From: a virus
Reading direction: 5' to 3' (one strand)
Virus record (IMG/VR): IMGVR_UViG_2928611649_000001
Span: 1-64,000 of that record
Length of the DNA: 64,000 nucleotides
A program made the position numbers and the translations under genes. Below are positions 45,744-56,180 of this stretch, piece after piece. Each line of letters begins with the position of its first letter. The stretch's first letter is position 1. The notes below the pieces were generated by a model. It did no database searches and was not told where the DNA came from. It saw only the letters and a program-made list of their open reading frames with translations.

Positions 45744-45931
45744 AAATGACCGTCGACGAACTAATCGCGAAGCTGCAGGAGATTTCTGCTGCCGGCGCTG
45801 GACAGTTGCCCGTGGAAGTGCACAAGAATGAGGCGTACGGCTCTTTTGATGTTGAAGTCTCGGTCCAGCCTCCTCGCATCGGTGTGCACGGCCCAATCCC
45901 GGCACGCGTCTGTATCGACCCCGCTGATTAA
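45740..45931 (+). CDS. Hypothetical protein
   Basis: 63 aa. A terminator follows. Confidence 0.3.
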   Translation: MKMTVDELIAKLQEISAAGAGQLPVEVHKNEAYGSFDVEVSVQPPRIGVHGPIPARVCIDPAD

Positions 45932-45949
45932 AGCCAGTCATCAATAAAC

Positions 45950-45985
45950 CCAACCCGCTCCGGCGGGTTTTTTTACGCCCACAGA
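45950..45985 (+). terminator. Rho-independent terminator (CCCGCTCCGGCGGG + T7). A second hairpin with a T-run lies ~30 nt downstream.
   Basis: cccgctccggcgggttttttt. Confidence 0.55.
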
Positions 45986-46090
45986 TTTATCTGACCGCCC
46001 TCGAGGTGGTTTTTTTATGCCGCAAGCGGACGCGACGCGGTGCACGGCCGGAAGGCCATTCGATAGGGCGGATGCCCGGAAAGCTCTCAA

Positions 46091-46885
46091 ATGAAACTGA
46101 AACTCGACGCAAATGGCAATGTGGTGGTACAGGACGGCAAACCAGTGTACGTGCTGGACGACGGGCGCGAGATCGCGCATGACGCCGCTGCAACCGTAGC
46201 GAAGATTTCCAGCCTGAACGGCGAGGCAATGAGCCACCGCCAGGCCAAAGAGGCTGCCGAAGCCGCCCTGAAGCCATTCAAGGATGCGGGCATCGAAGAC
46301 CCTGCCGCCGCTGCGGCTGCGCTGCAGACCGTCGCGAACATCGCCTCGGGCGACCTGACGACCGCAGCTAAAGTGCAAGAGATTCGCGACGCCGCAACCC
46401 GCTCGGCGAACGAAGCTGTCGCCACTGCCACCCGCGCGGCTGAAGAGAAGCAGCGCGCGCTGACCGAGCAGAACACCAAGCTGACGCAGGACCTGAACAA
46501 TCACATCGTAGGTGGCAGCTTCACCGGCTCGAAATTCATCGCCGACAAGATGGCCATCCCCGCCGACATTGCCCAGAAGGTGTTCGGCGACCGGTTCAAG
46601 GTCGACAACGGCAAGCTGGTCCCTCTCGATGCTGCTGGCAACCCTATATTTTCGGCTACCAACCACGGCAACCATGCCGACTTCGATGAAGCCATCCAGG
46701 TGATGGTCGCCCAATACCCGAACAAAGACATGATCCTGAAGGGCTCCGGCGCTTCCGGCGGTGGCGCTTCCGGTGGTGGCGCCGGTGCTGCCGGCGGCAA
46801 GTCCATCAGCCGCGCTCAGTTCGACGCCATGGACGGCGCCTCCCGCGCTGCCGCAATGAAGGGCGGCGCCACGATCAGCGACTAA
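46091..46885 (+). CDS. Scaffolding protein candidate
   Basis: 264 aa, helical, Gly-rich C-terminus. Precedes the major capsid gene. Confidence 0.5.
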   Translation: MKLKLDANGNVVVQDGKPVYVLDDGREIAHDAAATVAKISSLNGEAMSHRQAKEAAEAALKPFKDAGIEDPAAAAAALQTVANIASGDLTTAAKVQEIRDAATRSANEAVATATRAAEEKQRALTEQNTKLTQDLNNHIVGGSFTGSKFIADKMAIPADIAQKVFGDRFKVDNGKLVPLDAAGNPIFSATNHGNHADFDEAIQVMVAQYPNKDMILKGSGASGGGASGGGAGAAGGKSISRAQFDAMDGASRAAAMKGGATISD

Positions 46886-47042
46886 GTCGCAACACCTGCT
46901 TCATCAGGCCCGCTACGCGCGGGCTTTGTTGTATCTGCATCACTGCAATTCCTTTGCCGGCGCCTGGATGGGCAAGCCGGTGCTTTGGGCTGGATGGCCT
47001 GTCTGCTTTGAAACCCCAAACCACCAACTGAAAGGCAATACC

Positions 47043-48398
47043 ATGAAGATGATCCTCTTCGCAGTCGCCGCCATCATCGCGCTGGCCCTGGTCCCCGTTG
47101 TTCAACTGTTCGCTGACGTTACCGGCGTCGGCCATGGTGCTGCGCTGACCACCAGCCTGCACGGCAAGGCGTTCGCCGAGATCGCACGCGCCCACTTCCA
47201 AAACTACATGGCTAACACCGGCATGCAGATGGGTATACTGACCCTGAACGGCCTGATTCCAACCATTTACGAAGCGATGGACACGGTATCCCGTGAACTC
47301 GTCGGCTTCATTCCTGCTGTATCCCGAGATTCCACGGCAGCTCAGGCCGCCGTCGGTCAGGTGGTGATGTCGCCGGTTGTCGGTGCTTTGCCAGCTGAAG
47401 ACCTGGTAGCCGCCGCATATGCTGACGTCGCACCGTCGCGCACCATCGGCAACGTGCAGATGACCATCAGCAAGGCACGCTCCGTTCCGTTCGGTATCAC
47501 CGGCGAAGAAACGCGCGGCTTGCAAAGCTCCGGCACGCTGGGCACTATCAATCGTGACAGCATCGTCCAGGCGTTTCGCACCCTGACGAACGAAGTCGAG
47601 ACCGACCTGGCTGCGCTGCACATTTACGCATCCCGCGCATACGGCACGTTCAACGTCACCCCGTTCGGCACTGCTGCCGACCTGAGCGACTTCGCCCAGT
47701 CCCGTAAGATCCTGGACGATAATGGCGTGCCGCAGTCGGACCTGCACATGGTGATGGGTTCGTCGGCTGTGGCCAACATTCGCGGTAAGCAATCGGGCCT
47801 GTTCAAGGTGAACGAGGCCGGCAGCGACGACCTGCTGCGTCGCGGCGCGCTGGGTTCGGTGGAAGGTTTCGACCTGCATAATTCCGGCCAGGTGAAGAAA
47901 GCCGTCACCGCTGGTACTGGCGCCTCCGCCACGACCAATGCCGCAGGCTATGCCGTCGGCGCGACGACCATCACACTGGCCTCGGCCGGAACTGGCGCGG
48001 CGATCGCAGGCGACATCATGACCGTGGCGGGCGACACCGAGAAGTATGTGATCGTCACCGGTGACACTGACGTGTCGAACGGCGGCACCATCGTTATCGC
48101 TGAACCAGGTCTGCAAAAGGCAATCCCGGCCTCTGCCACCGCCCTGACCCTGATCGCGGCCACCACTCGCAACATGTTCTTCCATCGCTCGGCCATCCAA
48201 CTGGCAACCCGGGCGCCGGCCATGCCGGAAGGCGGCGACTCGGCGGATGACGTGGTGCTGATCACCGATCCTTATTCGGGTATCACCTACGAGTTCTGCC
48301 TGTACCGCGGCAAGCGCTCGGTCCGCTGGGAGGTCAATCTGGCCTGGGGCGTGAAAGCTGTAGCGCCTCGCCACATCGGCCTGCTGATCGGCGCGTAA
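47043..48398 (+). CDS. Major capsid protein
   Basis: 451 aa. Position after the scaffold. Confidence 0.6.
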   Translation: MKMILFAVAAIIALALVPVVQLFADVTGVGHGAALTTSLHGKAFAEIARAHFQNYMANTGMQMGILTLNGLIPTIYEAMDTVSRELVGFIPAVSRDSTAAQAAVGQVVMSPVVGALPAEDLVAAAYADVAPSRTIGNVQMTISKARSVPFGITGEETRGLQSSGTLGTINRDSIVQAFRTLTNEVETDLAALHIYASRAYGTFNVTPFGTAADLSDFAQSRKILDDNGVPQSDLHMVMGSSAVANIRGKQSGLFKVNEAGSDDLLRRGALGSVEGFDLHNSGQVKKAVTAGTGASATTNAAGYAVGATTITLASAGTGAAIAGDIMTVAGDTEKYVIVTGDTDVSNGGTIVIAEPGLQKAIPASATALTLIAATTRNMFFHRSAIQLATRAPAMPEGGDSADDVVLITDPYSGITYEFCLYRGKRSVRWEVNLAWGVKAVAPRHIGLLIGA

Positions 48399-48465
48399 GC
48401 GCGACCTGCGCTCACATCAACCTGCTCAGCGGCCAGCGCCGTTGAGCATCTACCGCGAGAACAAC

Positions 48466-48885
48466 ATGTCCACCACGATAAAAATCAAATCCACCCATCC
48501 AGCATCGCAAGGCCCGTTCGTCATCATCGAGCGCGCCAACTTCAATCCCGAGTTGCACGAAAAGTACGACGACGGCAGCGACGATGGCGACCTGCCTGAG
48601 CACGTGCCGACCATGGCTGAACTGCTGGCCGCCCGCGATCAGCTGCAAGCTCGCGCACGCGAGCTGGACGCCGAGGCTCAGCGTGTCGCGGACCAGACTG
48701 TTGCAAACGAAGCCGAGGCCCAGCGCCTGGCTGACTTGGCCGCCGCCGCTGCCGCCGCATCCACCGTGCCGGCCGAGATCGCCGCCATGAGCAAAGACCA
48801 ACTGCAAGCCGCGCTGACCGAGAAGGGTGTCGCGTTCCCGGCAGCCGCCAACAAAGCCGACCTGATCGCGCTGCTGACCGCGTAA
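48466..48885 (+). CDS. Hypothetical head-associated protein with a C-terminal HeH/Rho-N-like motif
   Basis: MSKDQLQAALTEKGVAFPAAANKADLIALL. Confidence 0.4.
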   Translation: MSTTIKIKSTHPASQGPFVIIERANFNPELHEKYDDGSDDGDLPEHVPTMAELLAARDQLQARARELDAEAQRVADQTVANEAEAQRLADLAAAAAAASTVPAEIAAMSKDQLQAALTEKGVAFPAAANKADLIALLTA

Positions 48886-48910
48886 TCCACGCCGTCCCAA
48901 TCGTCTGCCC

Positions 48911-48940
48911 GCCGTGCGCGGGCTTTTTTCGCCCCAACGC
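48911..48940 (+). terminator. Rho-independent terminator (GCCCGCCGTGCGCGGGC + T6)
   Basis: Follows the highly expressed capsid region. Confidence 0.55.
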
Positions 48941-48951
48941 CGAGAGCATCC

Positions 48952-50712
48952 ATGACCATCACCACCACGATCAAAGCAGGCGACTCGCCGCAGACCATCA
49001 CGCTGCACGAGGGCAAGGCGCTGACGCTGACCGGCGCAGCTGGCGCCGTCGGTGTCGCGTACCAGCTCGACCTGGTGCTCGGCGGCACGAACTCGGTGAA
49101 GTCATGGGCGGTCGGCACTGGCGCACTGCCGCAGATCGGCCCCTACTCCGGCACGCAGAATATCCTGATCACCTGCACCGCAGGTAGTATTAATGCGACG
49201 GTGGGGGATGCGGCAGTGACGAATTCAGCCACCATCGCAAATCTCGGGAATACCTCGATCGTGCACGCTCCGCGCACCCTGCTGCTGGCTAGCGATTCCA
49301 TCGGCGCCATTTCCGAGGTCATTCTCGGCGCCACGTCGGTGGTGGACAATGGTGACGGTACCGGCACTGCGACCAAGGGGAGCACTTGGGGCGCCAGCGT
49401 CGGTGAGCCGATCCGCATCTGCTCCGCGACTACCAAGACTTTGAATGTGATGGACAGCTACATCTCGGCGATCACCAACGGCGGTAACTCGCTGGTGTTC
49501 CCACTGGGCGGCCGTACATCAACCGTGACATCGCCGTCCACACCGAGCGTGGTGTTCCCAAACCGACGTGGCTCACGCGGCTACCTGAACGCCATGGAGA
49601 TGTTCCTGGGCATTTCGTTCAAGACGACGTGGTGCGGCGTGGCGGGCGCTACGTCCACACAGATCAACACGCTGCTCAACGAGACGCCTCAGACCGGCCT
49701 GTACGATGTTGGTGTTTTTGAGCTCGGCATGAATGACGTCTACTCGGCGCTGCTGGACACGGTTACAGCCTGGCCTCTGCTGAAAGCAGCCATCGACAAC
49801 GTGCGCGGCCGGTGCGGAACGCTGCTGGCCCTCCCTATTCCCCCGCGCGACAGCAGCAGTGGGCAGTGGACGGCGCAACGCCAGACCTATCATACCCAGC
49901 TGAATCGCCTGATCTACGACTACGTGCTGTCCATCGGTGGTTACTTCATCGACACCTGGAAAGCGATGCAGAACGGCGTGACCTATGTGAATCCCGCCGC
50001 GACCAACCCGGACCCATTGACGGCATTCATGTTTGACACGACCCATCCGGCATGGCCAGGCGCATTGGCGATAGGCCGAGCTATGGCCACTCCGCTATTA
50101 CCTCGCATGGGCGCGCCAGGCTGGCAGCCATCGCACGCCAACATGCTGCTGGCGGACAGTGGAAACCTGCTGACCGATGCGGCATTCGCGGTTGATACCA
50201 ACGCCGATGGTGTCTCTGATGGCTGGGCCTTAGTCAGCACCACGGCCAATATGAGCGTCGTTCCCAGTCGCGTACAGCGCACCATCGCCACGGATGGTGA
50301 TGGTGTGGGTTACAACCAGAAACTGCTGTGCAACTACGGAACTGCTACCGGCACTGCTTCTACCAAATTCAGTAAGGCCGGCATGCAAGCGCTGGTTGCT
50401 TCGTATGTTGGGCAAAAGGTGCAGTTCAAGCTGCCATTCTCGCTCACTGGCGCTGTCGGCCTGATCGGTCTGGAGCTGACGATTATGGGTACACTCCCGA
50501 ACAGCCAGAGCTGGCAGATCTACGGGAATGCGCTCGACAGCAGCGCCAAGGCCATCACCGGATCGTTGGCCGGAACGCTGATGACGCCAGAGGCAATTGT
50601 TCCGGCGGGGCTTACGAATCTCGATATATGGGTTCGCCCCTACTTCAATTCGACGCAGACAGCAGACATGACGCTGTTGCTGTGGCAGCCGGATCTGCGC
50701 ATAGCCAGCTAG
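48952..50712 (+). CDS. SGNH/GDSL-family hydrolase domain protein (putative virion-associated esterase)
   Basis: LLLASDSIG is block I GDSx. GMNDV is block III. DTTHPA is block V DxxH. Confidence 0.55.
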   Translation: MTITTTIKAGDSPQTITLHEGKALTLTGAAGAVGVAYQLDLVLGGTNSVKSWAVGTGALPQIGPYSGTQNILITCTAGSINATVGDAAVTNSATIANLGNTSIVHAPRTLLLASDSIGAISEVILGATSVVDNGDGTGTATKGSTWGASVGEPIRICSATTKTLNVMDSYISAITNGGNSLVFPLGGRTSTVTSPSTPSVVFPNRRGSRGYLNAMEMFLGISFKTTWCGVAGATSTQINTLLNETPQTGLYDVGVFELGMNDVYSALLDTVTAWPLLKAAIDNVRGRCGTLLALPIPPRDSSSGQWTAQRQTYHTQLNRLIYDYVLSIGGYFIDTWKAMQNGVTYVNPAATNPDPLTAFMFDTTHPAWPGALAIGRAMATPLLPRMGAPGWQPSHANMLLADSGNLLTDAAFAVDTNADGVSDGWALVSTTANMSVVPSRVQRTIATDGDGVGYNQKLLCNYGTATGTASTKFSKAGMQALVASYVGQKVQFKLPFSLTGAVGLIGLELTIMGTLPNSQSWQIYGNALDSSAKAITGSLAGTLMTPEAIVPAGLTNLDIWVRPYFNSTQTADMTLLLWQPDLRIAS

Positions 50713-51899
50713 TCATCCCCACCTGCTAGCTTTCCTTTGCCTCGTTTATGTTTATTTAAGAATGGTCGGATTTCTGCCCACGCTGCCTTAAGTATTCGGT
50801 CGTATTCCAGGGCACGTTGCTGCTGCTCAAGAGTAGAAAGTATGGCCGTGACATCGGCTTTGCTATCAAGTACTTCCCCAAATTTCTGCTCAACGTTTGC
50901 AACAACTTCAATCGCAAGCGGAAGTACGTCGTCGATTGTAAGCGGCGGATGATTTCCTTCCATGGCAAGCGTTTGCATCATTACGAGAACCCAGCTCATC
51001 CTAATCGGGAGCGGAGGATGGGTCTTACCAATTGCAATCTCTCCGTCCCATGGGGATGGGTTCAGCATCCGGAAAAAGGTATATCCAGCGATAACGGTGG
51101 AGGAAACAACAGCCTGCACCGTGCCATATAGGCAGTGCTGTGCGAGCGATCTGAAATAAGTATTCAAATCTGCAACACTAGCGTTTGCGTTGAGTATAGG
51201 TAACTCAGCATCTTGGTATTCGGCCAATCTGCTTAGGCCCCATTGGAGTTGGATTAACACTGCATTGCAGTCCGCGTCCATTTCTAGGGCCTGGCGGTAC
51301 AACCAATCCGGCGCTTCTTCGGTGTTAATCATTTCAATCATTTGTGTTTGCCGGAAAGTATTAACGAGTTCTAGATGACCGTTCTTCACATGGGCGAATT
51401 CATGGCGGATCAGAAATTCCATAGATGCAATTGCCATTTGATGGGCACAAAAATATCTAAGAATATCGGAACAGGTTAGTCCATCAGCGCTGACGTACCG
51501 TGGATCGATTTGTATACTTTTCCAGTTTTCGCCCGGTAGATCAGGGATAGACCCGACATCGAGAGAATCGGGCGAGGCATATAGCGCTACAAACCAACTG
51601 AATGCAGTAATTATTGAGCCTGAATAGATTCCAATGAGATCGGTCTCGCTTGGCCCAGCTTTAGTGGCGTAACAGGTTGCGTTTGAATTCTCGTTTGATA
51701 TCACCTCTAGCACGAGAGGACGTTGACCGTCGAGATAAAAGTGCCTTCGCATAGTCTCGCATGAATTGCGAAAGATCGGAATGCTCTGACTTATTGCCGC
51801 CACGTGCCCGGCTGGCATCCAGTCTGCGGGTTCGAACCTGCCGCCCTTGCTGGCAATAAAGCGCTCGAGTTCTTCATTGTAGGTTTCTTCAATTGCCAT
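50709..51899 (-). CDS. Reverse-strand moron: 396-aa protein with an HExxH motif (LIRHEFAHVKNGH), low GC
   Basis: Opposite strand within the head-tail operon. AT-rich relative to flanks. HEFAH resembles ImmA/IrrE-type zinc peptidase motifs. Confidence 0.5.
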   Translation of the reverse strand: MAIEETYNEELERFIASKGGRFEPADWMPAGHVAAISQSIPIFRNSCETMRRHFYLDGQRPLVLEVISNENSNATCYATKAGPSETDLIGIYSGSIITAFSWFVALYASPDSLDVGSIPDLPGENWKSIQIDPRYVSADGLTCSDILRYFCAHQMAIASMEFLIRHEFAHVKNGHLELVNTFRQTQMIEMINTEEAPDWLYRQALEMDADCNAVLIQLQWGLSRLAEYQDAELPILNANASVADLNTYFRSLAQHCLYGTVQAVVSSTVIAGYTFFRMLNPSPWDGEIAIGKTHPPLPIRMSWVLVMMQTLAMEGNHPPLTIDDVLPLAIEVVANVEQKFGEVLDSKADVTAILSTLEQQQRALEYDRILKAAWAEIRPFLNKHKRGKGKLAGGDD

Positions 51900-51937
51900 C
51901 GTCGCCTCTAATAAACTTGACCATTGGGAATATTATT

Positions 51938-52459
51938 ATGGCACTAAATGTCGAAACCGGCGCCGGCCTGGCGAATGCCGAGAGCTACATCTCGGTCGCG
52001 GACGCGACGACTTACCACGCGAACCTCGGCAACTCCGCATGGGCGGCGCTGGCGTCCGACACCGTGCGCGAGCAGCTCTTGCGCCAAGCGACCGAGTACA
52101 TGGTTGGCCAGTACCGCGACAACTGGAAGGGTCAGCGCACGAGCGCCACGCAGGCGCTGGACTGGCCGCGCTACAACGTGCAACTTCCCGATGTCGGCAT
52201 TGGCCGATATCCCGCCTACGTCCAGCCCAACGTCGTCCCGGTCGAGGTGGCGAACGCCTGCGCCGTTCTGGCGCTGCAAGCCATCAGCGGCCCGCTGGCG
52301 CCGAACCTGGAACGCACCATCAAGCAGGACACGGTCGGCCCGCTGACGACAATCTACGCTGATGGGGCTCCAGAGCGGCCGCGCTACACGGCCGTCGACA
52401 ACATGCTGAAGGTGTACTTGGCCGGATCGGGCACGTCGGGAAGGTTGGTACGCGGATGA
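51938..52459 (+). CDS. Head-tail connector / adaptor candidate
   Basis: Position only. 173 aa. Confidence 0.4.
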   Translation: MALNVETGAGLANAESYISVADATTYHANLGNSAWAALASDTVREQLLRQATEYMVGQYRDNWKGQRTSATQALDWPRYNVQLPDVGIGRYPAYVQPNVVPVEVANACAVLALQAISGPLAPNLERTIKQDTVGPLTTIYADGAPERPRYTAVDNMLKVYLAGSGTSGRLVRG

Positions 52460-52896
52460 GCGCCAGCCCGAACATGCACCGCGAGGCCTTCAACCTTCTG
52501 TGCGAAGACCTGATCTACCAAGGCATGTCGCGTGCGGTCTGGTCCAGTTTGGTCTTTCCGGATTGTGTGGTCAAGGTGGAAGATCGCCGGGGCTATTTCC
52601 AAAACGTCGTTGAATGGGAAACCTGGCAGCGCGTCAAGGATACACCGATGGCGCGATGGTTTGCCCCCTGCCGGTGGATCAGCCCAAACGGGGCAATTCT
52701 GGTAATGGAGCGCACGCGCGCGGCCGGCGATGCCCAATATCCCGAAAAGATGCCGGCCTTCCTGTGTGACTTCAAGCGTCGCAATTATGGAATGCTGGGC
52801 GCCGATCTGGTTTGCCACGACTACGGGACGAATATGTTGTTCGAGAACGGCATGACGAAACGCATGGTTGGCGCCAACTGGAGTGACGGTGCATGA
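52456..52896 (+). CDS. Hypothetical structural protein
   Basis: 146 aa. Confidence 0.35.
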   Translation: MSASPNMHREAFNLLCEDLIYQGMSRAVWSSLVFPDCVVKVEDRRGYFQNVVEWETWQRVKDTPMARWFAPCRWISPNGAILVMERTRAAGDAQYPEKMPAFLCDFKRRNYGMLGADLVCHDYGTNMLFENGMTKRMVGANWSDGA

Positions 52897-53276
52897 GCGA
52901 CTACGCCACCAAAGCCAAGAATGCCGACGCGACGTTCCGCCGCAGCGGCCAGCTGCTGACACTGACCTACAAGCAGCCCGGCACCTACGTCGGCGGCGCG
53001 CAGATTCCGGGTGTGCCCATCGTGAAACAGGCCTGGGGAATCGAAACCGGCGTCACCGCGCGCGACCTTGGCGTGGGCGTCATCAACGGCACGCTGATCA
53101 AGTCCGGTGACCGCAAGATCATGATGTCCGCGCTGGATAGCGCCGGCGCAGCATTGCCACAGATGAAGAACGAGGACCTGGTGCTGGCCGGCGGCGTGAC
53201 CTACTCGGTCAAGAACGTCGACAAGGTGGCGCCCGGCGGCGTGGTCGTCATGTGGCAGCTGGTCGGCCGCGTCTGA
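52893..53276 (+). CDS. Hypothetical structural protein
   Basis: 127 aa. Confidence 0.35.
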   Translation: MSDYATKAKNADATFRRSGQLLTLTYKQPGTYVGGAQIPGVPIVKQAWGIETGVTARDLGVGVINGTLIKSGDRKIMMSALDSAGAALPQMKNEDLVLAGGVTYSVKNVDKVAPGGVVVMWQLVGRV

Positions 53277-53866
53277 TGGGCACGTTTGCGCTGCAGATTC
53301 GCGCATGGGTGGACAAGACCAAGGGCGATCTGGACACCGCTGTGCGCTACTGTGCGATGGCGGTCGACGGAAAGCTGATGTACCGCTCACCGGTTGGCGA
53401 CCCGACAAAATGGAAGGTGAACCCCAATAAGCCGAAGGTCTTCGGCAAGTTCAGCGCCGTAGGACCAAAGGCGAACTGGCAGATGGGCTTCATGAGCGGA
53501 GGAGCGTCAACATACCGCACATCCGGTGCCGGCTATGTTGGCGGGCGCTTTCGTGGCGCGTGGATGGTTTCCATTGGCACGCCAGATAATTCCGTCGGCA
53601 CTGCACTGGACACGGAGGGCAGAGCAACACTGGAGGCCCACAAGGTGATCATCGCCGCGGCAAAGGCTGGCGATGTTATCCATTTCCGCAACAACATGCC
53701 CTATGCGGATCGCCTGGAAAAGGGGTGGTCCCAACAGGCTCCTCTTGGCATGGTCGCGTTGACCGTGGTCGAGTGGCAAACGATCGTCGATAACGTCGTC
53801 AACGGCATACGCGCCGGCACCAGTGCAGCAGAATTCGCGCAAGGCTTCGAGACCTATTCCCTATGA
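53276..53866 (+). CDS. Head-tail joining / neck protein candidate
   Basis: 196 aa, ATGA-coupled. Confidence 0.4.
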   Translation: MGTFALQIRAWVDKTKGDLDTAVRYCAMAVDGKLMYRSPVGDPTKWKVNPNKPKVFGKFSAVGPKANWQMGFMSGGASTYRTSGAGYVGGRFRGAWMVSIGTPDNSVGTALDTEGRATLEAHKVIIAAAKAGDVIHFRNNMPYADRLEKGWSQQAPLGMVALTVVEWQTIVDNVVNGIRAGTSAAEFAQGFETYSL

Positions 53867-54276
53867 GTATTCCAAATATCCGCAACGCGTTGGAGCAGGC
53901 GCTGGCCAGCATCTCGCCGGCGATCGACATCGTGCACGAGAACGGCGAGCGGTACGAGCCTCAGGAAGGCGTGCCGTACTGCGAGGCCTACCTGATGCTG
54001 GCCGAGCCGAGCAACCCAACGGTTGGCGAGCACTTCTACCAGGAGAGAGGCATTCTGCAGGTCAACCTGCAATACCCACCTCTGGCGGGCACCTTGGCAT
54101 GTGCTCAGCAGGCTGAGTTGATCCGGGCGCTCTTCAAGCGCGGGGCTGCCTTCACCGACGGCGGCGTAACCGTGCAGATCGACCGTACCGCCGAGATCGG
54201 CGCTGGCGATCAAGTTGAAGGGCGCTGGAAGCAGATCGTCAGGGTCCGCTGGCACGCCGACATCTTTACCTCATAA
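53863..54276 (+). CDS. Tail terminator / completion protein candidate
   Basis: 137 aa, immediately before the major tail gene. A terminator-like hairpin with a T-run lies at ~54281-54305. Confidence 0.4.
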   Translation: MSIPNIRNALEQALASISPAIDIVHENGERYEPQEGVPYCEAYLMLAEPSNPTVGEHFYQERGILQVNLQYPPLAGTLACAQQAELIRALFKRGAAFTDGGVTVQIDRTAEIGAGDQVEGRWKQIVRVRWHADIFTS

Positions 54277-54355
54277 ATCACCGAAGCCGCCGCAAGGCGG
54301 TTTTTTCATTCCGGCTCGCCATGTGCGGGCCTTTTTCATTTCTGAAAGGCTTCAC

Positions 54356-55561
54356 ATGTCCGCTACTGCAAATGGCATCAACACCCTGCTGGTGATCGGC
54401 AAGCAATCCGCCGAGGGCACTAAGGCCCTGGTCGGCAGCGGCCAACTCTACCCACGCGTGACCGCGTCGTTCGACACCGACGCCGACAAATACTCGTCCA
54501 ACGAGATCGACCCGAGTCAACAGCAGGGCGACACCCGCCTGGGTAACTTCCGCACCAGTGGTGATATCAAGGGCGAGGCCTCCTGCGGCTCCTACGCGAT
54601 CCTGATGGCTGCGCTGATGCGCCGCGACTTCACCGCCGGCGGAGTCACCACCGCGCAGGTCACCATCTCCTCGGCGGCTGGCGGCTTCGTTCGCTCGGCG
54701 GGCTCCTGGTTGTCCGATGGTCACCGCGCCGGCACAGTGGTGCGCGCCGCCGGCTTTGCAACCACCGGCGTGCCGAACAACGCGAAGAACTTCTTCGTCA
54801 CCAGCGTCACCGCGCTGAACCTGAACGGCCAGTTCCTGGACGGCTCGACCTGCGCCGTGAAGGCGGCCGGCGACACCGTGACCATCACCGCCACCGGCAA
54901 GCGCACCTATACGCCGCTGACCGGCCACACCACCGACTGGTTCACCGCTGAAATCCAGAGCCCTGACATCACTGTTTTCCGCAGCTTCGTCGACCAGCTG
55001 GTGAGCAAGATGGACATGGCCGTGCAGCCGAACGGCATGACCAGCTGCGACTTCACCTTCATGGGCAAGCGCGAAGACCCAACCCTCGGCGCCGCCTACT
55101 TCACCTCCCCGGCGGCCACGCCTAGCACCGGTAAGTTCTCCGGGGCCACGGCCATGCTGTCGGTCGCTGGCGTTCCCTCGCTGATCTGCACCGGCATGTC
55201 CGTCTCGATGGATGGCCAGGTGAAAATCGACCCGGTCATCGGTTCGAAGTTCGCCACTGCGGCATCGCGCGGCAAGGTCGTTGGCACCGGTCAGTTCACC
55301 GTCCTGATGCAGGACAGCACCTACCTCGACTACTTCAAGGCCGAGACCGAAGTATCGCTGGCCTACGCCATGGCCGCGAGCAATGCGGCGCTCGCCGATG
55401 TCATGACGCTGGCCGCTGGTCGCATCAAGATCACTTCGGCCAAGGTCGACGACGGCGAGAAGAACAAGATCGTCACCTGCCAGTTCGACATCTTGCGCTA
55501 CAAGGGCAGCGACCTGCAGCACGAGCTGACCACCCTGGCGATCCAAGACACCACTCTGTAA
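54356..55561 (+). CDS. Major tail (tube) protein
   Basis: 401 aa. Position before the chaperone and tape measure. Confidence 0.55.
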   Translation: MSATANGINTLLVIGKQSAEGTKALVGSGQLYPRVTASFDTDADKYSSNEIDPSQQQGDTRLGNFRTSGDIKGEASCGSYAILMAALMRRDFTAGGVTTAQVTISSAAGGFVRSAGSWLSDGHRAGTVVRAAGFATTGVPNNAKNFFVTSVTALNLNGQFLDGSTCAVKAAGDTVTITATGKRTYTPLTGHTTDWFTAEIQSPDITVFRSFVDQLVSKMDMAVQPNGMTSCDFTFMGKREDPTLGAAYFTSPAATPSTGKFSGATAMLSVAGVPSLICTGMSVSMDGQVKIDPVIGSKFATAASRGKVVGTGQFTVLMQDSTYLDYFKAETEVSLAYAMAASNAALADVMTLAAGRIKITSAKVDDGEKNKIVTCQFDILRYKGSDLQHELTTLAIQDTTL

Positions 55562-55679
55562 TCCGGCCGTTCGGCCACCACTCACGGCGCAAGCCATCCC
55601 CAGCACCGACCGGTCGCTGTCGCCTTCGCGGGCGCGGCGGCCGGCACGGGCACATATTTCCCCGCGAAAGGTACTACCC

Positions 55680-56180
55680 ATGAACGCTGCTCAAACCATC
55701 GCCGCTGTCGGCTTCGATATCCTGAACTTGACCACTCCTGTTGATCTGGCCGCGCCGGTCACTTTCGACGTGAACGTGCTGTTCAACGACGACGGCGACG
55801 CGATCGCCAGCCTGGTCATCGTCGGCAAGAATAGCCCCGAATACCAGGCCGAAAGCCATGCCCTGCGCGCCGAGGGTCACAAGCGCGCGGCGAAGCGCCA
55901 AACCGCCATCGATGCCAAGACCGACGAGGGTGCTGTGAAGCTGGTCGACCTGATCGACGGCAATCAAGAGCGCCTGGCGCTGGCCGTTGTTGTGGGCTGG
56001 AAGGGCTTCACCAGCGCCGGCGTCGAAGTGCCGTTCGATAAGGCGCTCGTAAAACAGGGCTTCGCCAAGTATCCAACCTGGGTTGATCTGATCTCCGCCG
56101 CGCTGGCTGTGGACGCAAATTTTATGAAGCTCTCGTCGCCAACCTCCTTGCCTTCGCCAAACACCAGTTCGAACGAATAA
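55680..56180 (+). CDS. Tail assembly chaperone (gpG-like)
   Basis: 166 aa. Followed by an overlapping -1 frame ORF. Confidence 0.6.
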   Translation: MNAAQTIAAVGFDILNLTTPVDLAAPVTFDVNVLFNDDGDAIASLVIVGKNSPEYQAESHALRAEGHKRAAKRQTAIDAKTDEGAVKLVDLIDGNQERLALAVVVGWKGFTSAGVEVPFDKALVKQGFAKYPTWVDLISAALAVDANFMKLSSPTSLPSPNTSSNE

